From positions 13,234 through 77,233 of the forward strand of contig JBBQYR010000002.1 in NCBI GenBank assembly GCA_038208565.1: a stretch of DNA of 64,000 bases, in the 5' to 3' direction. Of the stretch, positions 27,984 through 37,063 are shown piece by piece (within the stretch, counting starts at the first letter, position 1; every line of letters begins with the position of its first letter). The notes below the pieces were generated by a model. That model did no database searches and had not been told where the DNA came from. It saw only the letters and a list, made by a program, of their open reading frames with translations. The translations under genes were made by a program, and so were the position numbers. Source of the DNA: Chthoniobacterales bacterium (GTDB taxonomy: Bacteria > Verrucomicrobiota > Verrucomicrobiia > Chthoniobacterales > Chthoniobacteraceae).

Positions 27984-28063
27984 GCAACCTTTCGGCTCGC
28001 GAAAAGTCCCTATGTTTCGCCGCGGAAGGGTGTTCTCATTCGGGCAGCAACCTGCCAAGAAAG

Positions 28064-30286
28064 ATGCCGACACGTTTTCCCATTTTGTCCGTCTGTGTCG
28101 CCGCCCTCGGCGTGGCGCTGCCGCGGGCGACGGCCGCCGAGGCGCCCGCGGAAAGCGTGTTCTTTCGCCGGGAGGTCATGGCGGTCGTCTCCAAGGCGGG
28201 CTGCAACCTCGGCGGCTGTCACGGCAATGGCAGCGGCAAAGGCGGGCTGAAACTCTCGCTCCGCGGACAGGACCCGGACCTCGATTGGCTGGCCATGACG
28301 CACGAACAGGGCGGGCGCCGCATCAACCCGATCCAGCCCGAAAACAGCCTGCTCCTGCTCAAAGCGACGTCCGCGCTCGCGCATGAAGGCGGGCAGCGTT
28401 TCGGCAAAGACTCGCCGGAATATGCGATCCTGCTGCGCTGGCTGCGCGATGGGGCGCCCGATTCCGGCGTGCTCGCGCCGCGCCCGGTAAAGCTGGAGGT
28501 GCAGACTTCGGCCCGCGTGGTCGTCGAGCCGGCGACCGAGGTGAAGATTCGCGCCAAAGTGAAGTTTGCCGACGGCACCGAACAGGACGTGACCAGGCTC
28601 GCGGTTTACGAGCCGAGCAATCTCGCCGTGAAGGTCTCGCACGACGGCGTGGTCAAGCGCGAGAAAGCCACCGAAGCCACAGTGCTCGTGCGCTATCTCG
28701 ACCAGCAGGTCGCGGTGCCGCTCGCCTTCATTCCGGCGCGGCCGGACTTCGTCTGGAGCAATCCACCCGCGCGGAATGTCCTCGACGAACAGGTCTTCCG
28801 AAAACTGCGCACGCTGCGGATCAATCCGTCCGAACTGTGCAGCGATGCTCTTTTCATCCGGCGCGCCTACCTCGACCTGCTCGGCTTCGTGCCGGACTGG
28901 AAAAGCGCGCGCGAGTTTGTCGCCGACACCGCGCCCGACAAACGCACCCGGCTCATCGACACTCTGCTCGCCCGTCCCGAGTTCGCCGATTTCTGGGCGC
29001 TGAAATGGGCCGACTTGCTCAAGATCGAGCAACGCCAGCTCGACTACGACGGGATGAAAGTCTTCCACGGCTGGATCCGCGAGAGCATCGCGGCAAACAA
29101 GCCGCTCGATCAATTCGCCCGCGAACTCATCGCCGCCCGCGGCAGCACACTGCAGAACCCGCCGGCCAACTGGTGGCGCGCCAATCGCGATCCGGTGACC
29201 CGCGCCGAAAACACCGCGCGCGTTTTCCTCGGCACCCAACTGAACTGCGCGCAGTGCCACAACCACCCCTTCGAGCGCTGGACACAGGACGATTATTACA
29301 ACTGGACCGGCCTCTTCGCGCGGCTCGACTACAAGCTTTCCGACGAAAAGGGGAAGGACAAGAACGACAAAAACGAGTTCAAGGGAGACCAGACGGTGCT
29401 GATCAAAGCGAAGGCCTCGGTGACGAATGCGCGGACCGGCGAACCCGCGAGCCCGCGGTTCCTCGGCGGCGAGGCGCCGAAGCTGAGCAAGGAGCGCGAC
29501 GAACTGCTCGCGCTCGCCGACTGGCTGCCGCACACGCCGATGTTCGCCCGTATGCAGGTGAATCGTGTGTGGGCGCATTTGCTCGGGCGCGGGCTGGTCG
29601 ATCCGGTGGATGATTTCCGCGCGAGCAATCCTGCTTCCCATCCCGAGCTTCTCGAAACGCTGTCCAAGGACTTCGCGCAAAACGGCTACGACCTGCGCCG
29701 GCTGATCCGCACGATCACCAGCTCGCGCACTTACCAGCTCGCCGCCGCGCCGAACGCCACGAACCGCGAGGACGAGACCAACAACTCGCGCGCCATCGTC
29801 CAGCGCCTGACCGCCGAGCAGATGCTCGACTCGCTCAGCCTCGTGCTCGCGACGCCGCTGCGAATCGAAGGCGTCCCCGCCGGCACGCGCCTCACGCAAA
29901 TCCCCGAGGGCCGCAAGCACTACAAGCCGCTCACCTCGGGCGTGGACCGTTTCGCCGCCAGCTTTGGCAAGCCGCCGCGGCTCATCGCTTCGGATTGCGA
30001 GCGCAGCAACGACACCGCGATGCCGCAGGTTTTCCAGCTCATCAGCAGCCCGCTCATCCAGCAGATGCTCACGCAAAAAGGCAACGTGCTCGACCAGTTG
30101 CTTGGCAGCGGAAAGACCGACTCGGAGATCGTCGATGCCCTTTTCTGGACCGCGCTCACGCGTCCGCCCACCGCCCAGGAACTGGAACGCTGCACTGCCC
30201 TCCTCGCGACGGGCGATCGCCGCCGCGCCGCGGAAGACCTCGCGTGGGCGCTGCTCAACTCCAAGGAGTTTGTCTTCCGCCAATAG
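28064..30286 (+). CDS. Ig-like + DUF1549 + DUF1553 protein with CX4CH and CXXCH motifs
   Basis: Signal peptide, SKAGCNLGGCH, FADGTEQDVT, CSDALFIRRAYLDLLG, CAQCH, GLVDPVDD, LLNSKEFVFRQ. Confidence 0.9.
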   Translation: MPTRFPILSVCVAALGVALPRATAAEAPAESVFFRREVMAVVSKAGCNLGGCHGNGSGKGGLKLSLRGQDPDLDWLAMTHEQGGRRINPIQPENSLLLLKATSALAHEGGQRFGKDSPEYAILLRWLRDGAPDSGVLAPRPVKLEVQTSARVVVEPATEVKIRAKVKFADGTEQDVTRLAVYEPSNLAVKVSHDGVVKREKATEATVLVRYLDQQVAVPLAFIPARPDFVWSNPPARNVLDEQVFRKLRTLRINPSELCSDALFIRRAYLDLLGFVPDWKSAREFVADTAPDKRTRLIDTLLARPEFADFWALKWADLLKIEQRQLDYDGMKVFHGWIRESIAANKPLDQFARELIAARGSTLQNPPANWWRANRDPVTRAENTARVFLGTQLNCAQCHNHPFERWTQDDYYNWTGLFARLDYKLSDEKGKDKNDKNEFKGDQTVLIKAKASVTNARTGEPASPRFLGGEAPKLSKERDELLALADWLPHTPMFARMQVNRVWAHLLGRGLVDPVDDFRASNPASHPELLETLSKDFAQNGYDLRRLIRTITSSRTYQLAAAPNATNREDETNNSRAIVQRLTAEQMLDSLSLVLATPLRIEGVPAGTRLTQIPEGRKHYKPLTSGVDRFAASFGKPPRLIASDCERSNDTAMPQVFQLISSPLIQQMLTQKGNVLDQLLGSGKTDSEIVDALFWTALTRPPTAQELERCTALLATGDRRRAAEDLAWALLNSKEFVFRQ

Positions 30287-30290
30287 ACCC

Positions 30291-31691
30291 ATGAAACGCG
30301 ATTCCGCCTGCTCCGATTTTCACCACGCGATCACCCGCCGCCACGCGCTCAAGGTCGGCGGGCTCGGGCTGCTCGGGTTGAATTTTCCGCGCATCCTCAA
30401 TGCCGAGGCGATCCTCGGGAAGCCTGATAAAATCAAGCCCCGCGCGAAGTCGGTCATCTTCCTTTTCCAATGGGGCGGGCCGTCGCACATCGACATGTTC
30501 GACATGAAACCGGACGCGCCGGAGGGGATTCGCGGGCCGCACAAGCCGATCTCCAGCAGCGCCGATGGCATCCAGGTTTCCGAGCATCTGCCGAAGACGG
30601 CGAAGGTGATGGACAAGGTGACGCTGATCCGGTCGATGCATCACACGATGAAGAATCACAACTCGGCGGGCTACTACGCGCTGACCGGACACGCGCCGCT
30701 GAGCGATGACCAGCGGCTGCGCGATTCGCTCGACCTTTTCCCCGGCTACTCCTCGATCGTGGACAAACTCGCGCCGAACTCCGGCGAGATGCCGACGGCG
30801 ATTTCGTATCCGTACACGATCAGCGATGGCTCGGTGACGCCCGGCCAGCACGCCAGCTTCCTCGGAAAAAATCACGACCCGCTGACGATCCTGCAGGATC
30901 CGAATGCGGCGAACTTCGCGCTGCCGGAGCTCAGCCTGCCGGAGGGCATCCCGTTCGAGCGCATGCAGGCGCGGCGCGAGTTGCAGCAGCTCATCGATCA
31001 GCAGGCGCGGATGCTGGAATTTTCGCCGCAGGCCCGCGGGTTCGACGGCTACTACGACAAGGCGATCGGCATGCTGCAGTCGCCGAAGTTGCGTGAGGCT
31101 TTCAATCTCGCCGCGGAACCCGCGAAGGTGCGCGAGGCTTATGGGCGCTCGACTTACGGGCAGAGCTGCCTGCTCGCGCGGCGCCTCGTGGAAGCGGGAA
31201 CGAAGTTTGTCACCGTGTATTTTTCGCCGAGCATCGGCGGGCAAAGCACGACCGAAGGCGGCTGGGACACGCATGGCTTCAACAACACGCGGATGTTTCC
31301 GATCGTGGAGAAATTTCATCTCCCGATCACCGAGCAGACGCTACCCACGCTGCTCAACGATCTCGACGAGCGCGGCCTGCTCGACACCACGCTGGTCGTC
31401 TGGATGGGCGAGTTTGGCCGCACGCCGAACATCAACAAAAACGTGAGTCGCGACCACTGGCCGCAGTGCTACACCACGCTGCTCGCGGGCGGCGGGACGA
31501 AGCGCGGCTTCGTCTATGGCGCGAGCGACAAGCAGGGCGCTTATCCCGCGGAAGACCCGGTGCGCCCAGACGATCTCGCGGCGACGATTTATCAGGCGCT
31601 CGGGATCAATCCCCACACCGAGCTGCACACCGCCGCGGGGCGCCCGGTCGCCGCGGCCGACGGCAAGCCAATCACCGAAATTTTCGCCTAG
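30291..31691 (+). CDS. DUF1501 family protein (Tat-exported)
   Basis: TRRHAL, WGGPSHIDMFDMKP, ARRLVEAG, WDTH, GEFGRTP, RDHWP. Start ATG 30291. Confidence 0.92.
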   Translation: MKRDSACSDFHHAITRRHALKVGGLGLLGLNFPRILNAEAILGKPDKIKPRAKSVIFLFQWGGPSHIDMFDMKPDAPEGIRGPHKPISSSADGIQVSEHLPKTAKVMDKVTLIRSMHHTMKNHNSAGYYALTGHAPLSDDQRLRDSLDLFPGYSSIVDKLAPNSGEMPTAISYPYTISDGSVTPGQHASFLGKNHDPLTILQDPNAANFALPELSLPEGIPFERMQARRELQQLIDQQARMLEFSPQARGFDGYYDKAIGMLQSPKLREAFNLAAEPAKVREAYGRSTYGQSCLLARRLVEAGTKFVTVYFSPSIGGQSTTEGGWDTHGFNNTRMFPIVEKFHLPITEQTLPTLLNDLDERGLLDTTLVVWMGEFGRTPNINKNVSRDHWPQCYTTLLAGGGTKRGFVYGASDKQGAYPAEDPVRPDDLAATIYQALGINPHTELHTAAGRPVAAADGKPITEIFA

Positions 31692-33016
31692 CGCGGGCTG
31701 GCGACGAAGCGCTGGACCCACGTCTCGCACGCGAGGTTCCAGATGCAGACGGTGCCGTCGTAGCTGCCGGTGGCAAAGGAATCCGACGAGCGCCCCACCG
31801 CGAGCGCGGTCACGGCGTCGCGATGGCCGTGGAGCGTGAGGAGCACTGGCGAATCGTTCGTTTGGGAAATGCGGACGAGGCCATCGGTCGAGCCCGTCAC
31901 TAAAGCATTGCCCAGCCAGCCGAAACGCTCGGCGCGCGCGGAAAGGGCGAGCGGCTTCTGTTTGTTTTTCCCGGTGAGCGGGTCCCAGAGATGCACGGCG
32001 TGGGTCTGGCCTAGGGATAGCACAGTTTTTCCGTCGCGCGAAAACAGCGCCGCGACGGCCGATGTTTGGTGTTCGGCGTAAGTCGTCTCGACCAAGCCCG
32101 TGGCGACCTCGGTCACGCGCAGCGTCCGGTCGCGACTGGCGGAGACGAGGTGCTTGCCATCGGGGCTGAAGGCGATCGCTTGCACCCAATCCGCATGCGG
32201 GCGGACGACGCGCTGCGACCGCCCGGTTTTGCTGTCGAAGAACCGGATCGTCCGATCCCCGCTGCTCACGGCGAGGAGATTGCCTTCCGGATTGAACGCC
32301 ACGCTCAGCGCCATTTCCGGCAGGTCGCAGAGAAAGCGCGGCTGGAAACCGGCGGCGGGATCGAGCAGCGCCACGGTGCCCCACTGCGCGGGCGAGCCAC
32401 CGGCCACGGCGAGTTGATCGGTCTTCGGGTGCCAGGCGATCGAGCTGATCCGCTCGGGCAGGCCGCCGATGCGTCGCACCAACGTGCCTCTTTCCACACT
32501 CCAGAGCGTGATCTCGAAGTAACCCGACACGGCGAGTTGCGTACCGTCCGGGCTGTAGGCCAGCGCGGTCACGGGCATCGGGCGCGTGGATTTTTCCGGC
32601 GCGGCGAGCAGGAAGGTTTCGCGCACGAGTTCGGCGAGCGGGCGGTCCGGCGCGCCGCCGTCGTTCACCGCGCCCTGCTGGATCCAGCGCTCGATGAGCG
32701 CGATCTCACGCTTCGGCAGCGCCTCGGCTTTCTGCGGCATGCGATCGTTCGGTTCGGGCTCCACGAGCAGCCGATACAGTTCGGAGTCGTGCGCCTGGCC
32801 CGCGACGAGGGGGAGCAGCTCGCTTTCACCGGTCCTGGCCAGCCGCGCAAAGGAATCGAGCCGGTAGCCACCCTTCGCGGACTCTTCGCCGTGGCACGCT
32901 ACGCAGCGACGCTGGAGCACCGGCGCGACGTCCTTCCGAAAGCTCACGGGTGCCTCTTCCGCCTGCAGCCCGGAGGCGCAGGCGAGAAACAGGGCGAGCA
33001 GCGGGCGAAGAGTCAC
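31688..33016 (-). CDS. Cytochrome c + WD40 repeat protein
   Basis: Signal peptide, VSFRKDVAPVL..CVACH..RMP, IERWIQQGA, then WD40 repeats (HADWVQAIAFSPDG, GHRDAVTAL...IWN). Confidence 0.9.
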   Translation of the reverse strand: MTLRPLLALFLACASGLQAEEAPVSFRKDVAPVLQRRCVACHGEESAKGGYRLDSFARLARTGESELLPLVAGQAHDSELYRLLVEPEPNDRMPQKAEALPKREIALIERWIQQGAVNDGGAPDRPLAELVRETFLLAAPEKSTRPMPVTALAYSPDGTQLAVSGYFEITLWSVERGTLVRRIGGLPERISSIAWHPKTDQLAVAGGSPAQWGTVALLDPAAGFQPRFLCDLPEMALSVAFNPEGNLLAVSSGDRTIRFFDSKTGRSQRVVRPHADWVQAIAFSPDGKHLVSASRDRTLRVTEVATGLVETTYAEHQTSAVAALFSRDGKTVLSLGQTHAVHLWDPLTGKNKQKPLALSARAERFGWLGNALVTGSTDGLVRISQTNDSPVLLTLHGHRDAVTALAVGRSSDSFATGSYDGTVCIWNLACETWVQRFVASPR

Positions 33017-33182
33017 GGCACGAATGACCCGCCGGGCACGGCAAAGTTAGGCGTGGCGACCGAGGCCCTGGGGATGGAGGAAAAAGCAGGTGTCAAAGCG
33101 TGTGTCATCCAGCGACAGAAGTGTCCGCTTTAAGAACACTACACAACCCACAAAACGCGACCTCTCCAGAGTAAACCGGTCG

Positions 33183-33198
33183 TGGCACGGGCTACGCA
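33183..33198 (+). promoter_or_regulatory. Candidate sigma-54 promoter
   Basis: TGGCACGGGCTACGCA: consensus -24 element TGGCACG with GG-N10-GC spacing, 33 nt upstream of the ECF start. Confidence 0.5.
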
Positions 33199-33231
33199 AT
33201 AGGGATTCTCGAACATCAACCTGTCACTACC

Positions 33232-33867
33232 ATGCTTTACGAATTCGATACCCAACAAATCGCCGAAATCACCCAGCAAGAGACCACGGATGAGCAACTC
33301 ATGGCTCGCATTCAGTCCCGGGACGACGCCGCTCTGGCCGCCCTCTACCGCCGCCACACGCCGCTGCTCCGCACGGTCGTGTCGCGGGTCGTCCACAACG
33401 AACACGACGCCGATGACCTGCTGCAGGAAATCTTCGTCGAACTCTGGAACCGCGCGGAAAGCTACGATGAAGCCAAAGGCAAAGCGCTCGGCTGGATGGT
33501 CACGCTCGCTCGTCGCCGCGCGATCGACAAAATCCGGCGCCGCCAGGCCTATTCCCGCGCCGAGGAGCGGCTTCGCCTCGAAACCGAACACGAGCCTCAG
33601 CAAACGCGTCACGAGGGCGTCGAAGACGACGTCAGCGCCGCGGAGCGTGCCGAAATCTTCAAGCGTCTGATGGCGACTTTGCCGCCGGCGCAACAGGAAG
33701 CGCTGCACCTCGCCTACTACCGCGGACTGAGCCAGCGCGAGATCGCGGCCCAGACCGGCATCCCGCTCGGCACGATCAAGACGCGCCTCGAGCTGGCCAT
33801 CCGCAAAATTCGCACAGCCATCCTCGCGATCGGCGGCGCGGACGAGTGGTCGATGGCCCACGCCTGA
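33232..33867 (+). CDS. ECF RNA polymerase sigma factor
   Basis: Region 2 (ADDLLQEIF, WMVTLARRRAID) and region 4 (LAYYRGLSQREIA...PLGTIKTR). Confidence 0.95.
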   Translation: MLYEFDTQQIAEITQQETTDEQLMARIQSRDDAALAALYRRHTPLLRTVVSRVVHNEHDADDLLQEIFVELWNRAESYDEAKGKALGWMVTLARRRAIDKIRRRQAYSRAEERLRLETEHEPQQTRHEGVEDDVSAAERAEIFKRLMATLPPAQQEALHLAYYRGLSQREIAAQTGIPLGTIKTRLELAIRKIRTAILAIGGADEWSMAHA

Positions 33868-33878
33868 TCGCTCCCGAG

Positions 33879-33931
33879 ACGAATCTCCGCCCGCCGCATC
33901 TGCCATGCAGAGCGGCGGGCGATTCGTTTTT
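33879..33931 (+). terminator. Rho-independent terminator
   Basis: Long GC stem (cgcccgccgc/gcggcgggcg, tctgc/gcaga, acgaat/attcgt) followed by ttttt, between convergent genes. Confidence 0.75.
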
Positions 33932-35123
33932 AGCTCTTGCGCAAGGCGATCGCCGCCAGATCGTCGTCCGCCAGTTCGCCATTCGAGAGGTGCTGGAGCG
34001 AGGCGACGAGGCGCGCGAGAAAGTCCGCACCCGGCAGCACCGGGGACAAAGCCGTGCGCGCGGCGTCGTGGGAGAAACGTTCGCCGTCGGGTTTTTTGAG
34101 CGCACAGAGGCCGTCGGTGTAGAGCAGTGCGACGTCGTCCGTTCCCAGTTGGATGCGGCTTTGCTCCGGCACGGCGTCCTCGCGCAAGCCGAGCATCATG
34201 GCATGCGGCCCGAAGGACTCGACCGACCGATCGGCCCGCCGAACGAGCAAGGAAGGATGACCGGCGCTGCAAAAGGTGATCCCACCGTCGGCGGCCACGA
34301 GCGCACAGCAGGCCGTCATGAACGAGCGTCCGCTGAACACCGCGATAAGTTCGCGATTGACCGTGTGGAGGATCACGTTCGGCTCCTCGGCGGCGAGGCA
34401 GGCTTGGTGAAAAAGCTGTGCGGTGAGCGCGGTGAGTAGAGCTGCCGCGGCGCCATGACCGGTCGCATCCGCCAGCCAGAAAATCCATCGCCCTTCATCC
34501 AACTGCCTCCAGCCAAAGGCGTCGCCGCCGACCTGGATCAGCGGCCGATAAAGCGTCTCCACCGACCAGCCCGCCACCACCGGGGGCGCGGCGGGAATGA
34601 ACGCCCGCTGCGTGGCGCGCGCCGCCGCCAGATCCGCCTCCTGCGCCATCCGCCAGCGCGCGAGTTCCACGTTCTGCCGCCGCAATTCATCCGACAGCGA
34701 GCGGATCCGCAACTGCGTCATGATCCGCGCCGCCAGCACCTCGCGGCTCACGGGTTTGGTCACGAAATCGTTGGCGCCGGACTCCAGGCACCGGATTTCC
34801 TCCGCCTCGCCGACGTGAGCGGTGAGCATGATCACGGGCAGGTCGCGGAGGCGGTCGGATTCGCTGGCGCGCAACCGCCGGCAGACCTCAGCACCATCGA
34901 CGTGCGGCATTTCAAAATCGAGCACCAGCAGGTCCGGCTGCGCGGCCTCCAGCAAGCGCAACGTCTCCCGGCCATCGACCGCCACTTCCACCTCAAAGCC
35001 CGAGCGCTGCAGGGAAGCAGCGAGGAGTTTGCGGGAAAGCACGTCGTCATCCGCGAGTAACACCCTCGGAAGGCGAGTCGGTGGAGGCGATGTTTCGGCA
35101 GGCGTGGGACGTTCGTCGGACAC
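33930..35123 (-). CDS. Response regulator receiver + PP2C/SpoIIE phosphatase (RsbU/RsbP-like)
   Basis: REC domain (LADDD, VLDFEMP, TKP), coiled coil, then VGGD, ADATGHG, YTDGL, DDL. Confidence 0.92.
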   Translation of the reverse strand: MSDERPTPAETSPPPTRLPRVLLADDDVLSRKLLAASLQRSGFEVEVAVDGRETLRLLEAAQPDLLVLDFEMPHVDGAEVCRRLRASESDRLRDLPVIMLTAHVGEAEEIRCLESGANDFVTKPVSREVLAARIMTQLRIRSLSDELRRQNVELARWRMAQEADLAAARATQRAFIPAAPPVVAGWSVETLYRPLIQVGGDAFGWRQLDEGRWIFWLADATGHGAAAALLTALTAQLFHQACLAAEEPNVILHTVNRELIAVFSGRSFMTACCALVAADGGITFCSAGHPSLLVRRADRSVESFGPHAMMLGLREDAVPEQSRIQLGTDDVALLYTDGLCALKKPDGERFSHDAARTALSPVLPGADFLARLVASLQHLSNGELADDDLAAIALRKS

Positions 35124-35511
35124 GCCGTCACTTCGCGAGGCGTCACACCGCCGGACGTAACGAAGCGAGCGCCGCGCCGCGTTTCCACGAACGCGTGGCT
35201 ACATTTATCCATCTCCTGCGCAGAAAGATCGCCTCACCCCACCAGTTCCCCGGCGCGCTTGTTGACGGAGAGGCACTTACCGCTGCGGGCATCCGAGATG
35301 CTAAAACGCGCAGGATGATTCAAGACTGGCCGACATCATTCGCGTTTCCGGAGGGCATCGCCTTCACCGGGAACCTTTTGGGTGCGGCGCCTTGTCCCCC
35401 GGCGTGCCTCCGAAAAGTGAACTCAGTGCGTCCCACTGCATTCTAGCGACCTGTGATTTCGGTCATCACCGCCGACTGGTTCGCCAGTCACTTCAGGGAT
35501 TTTAGGGCCAC

Positions 35512-37035
35512 ATGTTCAGTCCAAAAAAAGAAAGCTGCCTCCAGCCGTTAAGCCGCACGTCCGGGTTGATCCAAAAGATCGACGGATACCTGCATCGTCC
35601 CCGGGAGAAACCCCTCCCCGAGGTCCTGCGGATGCGGGACAAGGCGTTGCCCGATCGGCTCGTCATCACCAGCCTGATCTGCGACCTGCTGGTCATCATC
35701 TACGCGCTGGTCTTCAGCTTCTGGCTGCGCTTTCAGACGCCGCTCAGCGAAGTCGGCGTGCCCGGCCCGCACCAGCTCTCCGACTACTCCGCGCACATCG
35801 CCATCGGCGCGCTGGCCTTCATCCTATTGCTCACGAACTTCGGCATCTACGAGCGCAACGCCATGCTGCGCTTCCGCTACGTCTCGCTGCAGATCCTCAA
35901 GGCGACCTTCTTCTGGGCGCCGGGCTTTATCGCGGTGATGTTCATTCTGCGCTTCGAGCCACCGATCTCGCGGATCTACAGCGTCATCGCGGGGCTGCTC
36001 ACGCCGCTCGCCCTGCTCGGCTGGCGCTGGGTGCTGCACCGCTACCTCGCGCGCTCGGCTGTGGCCGTGCATTTGCGCCAGCGCATTCTCTTCGTCGGCT
36101 GGAACAAGGAATCGCAGGACCTCACCACGCACTTCGCCAAGGACCCGGTGAGCGCTTACGAAGTCGTCGGCTGCATCAGTTCGATGCGCGCACGCTTCCA
36201 CCGCAAGCCCCAGGTGCCGATCCTCGGGAAATTCGAGGAACTCGTGGACGTCATCCATCACACCGCGATCGACATGGTGATCCTCACCGACGTGAACGGC
36301 ATCCGCGGCGACATCGTGGGCCTGGCTAACACCTGTGAACGCGAGATGGTGCAGTTCAAGGTGGTGCCGTCGTATTTCCAGATCCTCGTCTCGGGGCTGC
36401 ATCTCGAAACCGTCAGCGGCATCCCGATCCTCGGTGTCTCCGGCCTGCCGCTCGACAAGTTCGTGAACATCTTCATCAAACGCCTCATCGACGTCGTGGG
36501 CGCGCTCGTCGGCCTCACTCTCTCCTTGCCGCTCATCGCCATTTTCGGCGCCATCGTTTACGTCGAATCTCCCGGCGCGATCTTCTACCGTCAGCGACGC
36601 CTCGGCCGCAATGGGCTCGAATTCGACATCCTGAAAATCCGCAGCATGCGCCTCGATGCCGAGGTCGCCGGACAAGTCGGCTGGTCCACGAAAAACGACC
36701 CGCGCCGCCTGCGCATCGGTTCGCTCATGCGGAAGCTGAATATCGACGAAGTGCCGCAGTTCTGGAACGTGCTCAAGGGTGAGATGAGCCTCGTTGGCCC
36801 GCGCCCGGAGCGCCCCGAACTGATCCGCAATTTCAAGCACGACATCCCGCATTACAACGCCCGCCACAACGCCAAGCCCGGCATTACCGGTTGGGCGCAG
36901 GTCAATGGGCTGCGCGGCGACACCGACCTCACTGAGCGCATCAAATGCGATCTCTGGTACCTCGAGAATTGGAACGTCCTCCTCGATTTCCAAATCATGT
37001 TCATGACCTTCGTGAAAAACAAAAACGCCGCCTGA
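35512..37035 (+). CDS. wcaJ: Undecaprenyl-phosphate sugar phosphotransferase (WcaJ/WbaP family)
   Basis: N-terminal TMs; KRLIDV, KIRSM, DEVPQFWNVLKGEMSLVGPRPE, KPGITGWAQVNG. Confidence 0.93.
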   Translation: MFSPKKESCLQPLSRTSGLIQKIDGYLHRPREKPLPEVLRMRDKALPDRLVITSLICDLLVIIYALVFSFWLRFQTPLSEVGVPGPHQLSDYSAHIAIGALAFILLLTNFGIYERNAMLRFRYVSLQILKATFFWAPGFIAVMFILRFEPPISRIYSVIAGLLTPLALLGWRWVLHRYLARSAVAVHLRQRILFVGWNKESQDLTTHFAKDPVSAYEVVGCISSMRARFHRKPQVPILGKFEELVDVIHHTAIDMVILTDVNGIRGDIVGLANTCEREMVQFKVVPSYFQILVSGLHLETVSGIPILGVSGLPLDKFVNIFIKRLIDVVGALVGLTLSLPLIAIFGAIVYVESPGAIFYRQRRLGRNGLEFDILKIRSMRLDAEVAGQVGWSTKNDPRRLRIGSLMRKLNIDEVPQFWNVLKGEMSLVGPRPERPELIRNFKHDIPHYNARHNAKPGITGWAQVNGLRGDTDLTERIKCDLWYLENWNVLLDFQIMFMTFVKNKNAA

Positions 37036-37063
37036 GTTCCACTCCCCTACCACCGAACACCCC

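Noticed and set aside
35420-35445. Minus-strand agtgggacgca, another c-di-GMP riboswitch-like fragment
   Set aside because: Flanking consensus (GCAAAC, GAAA loop, AAAG) is absent.
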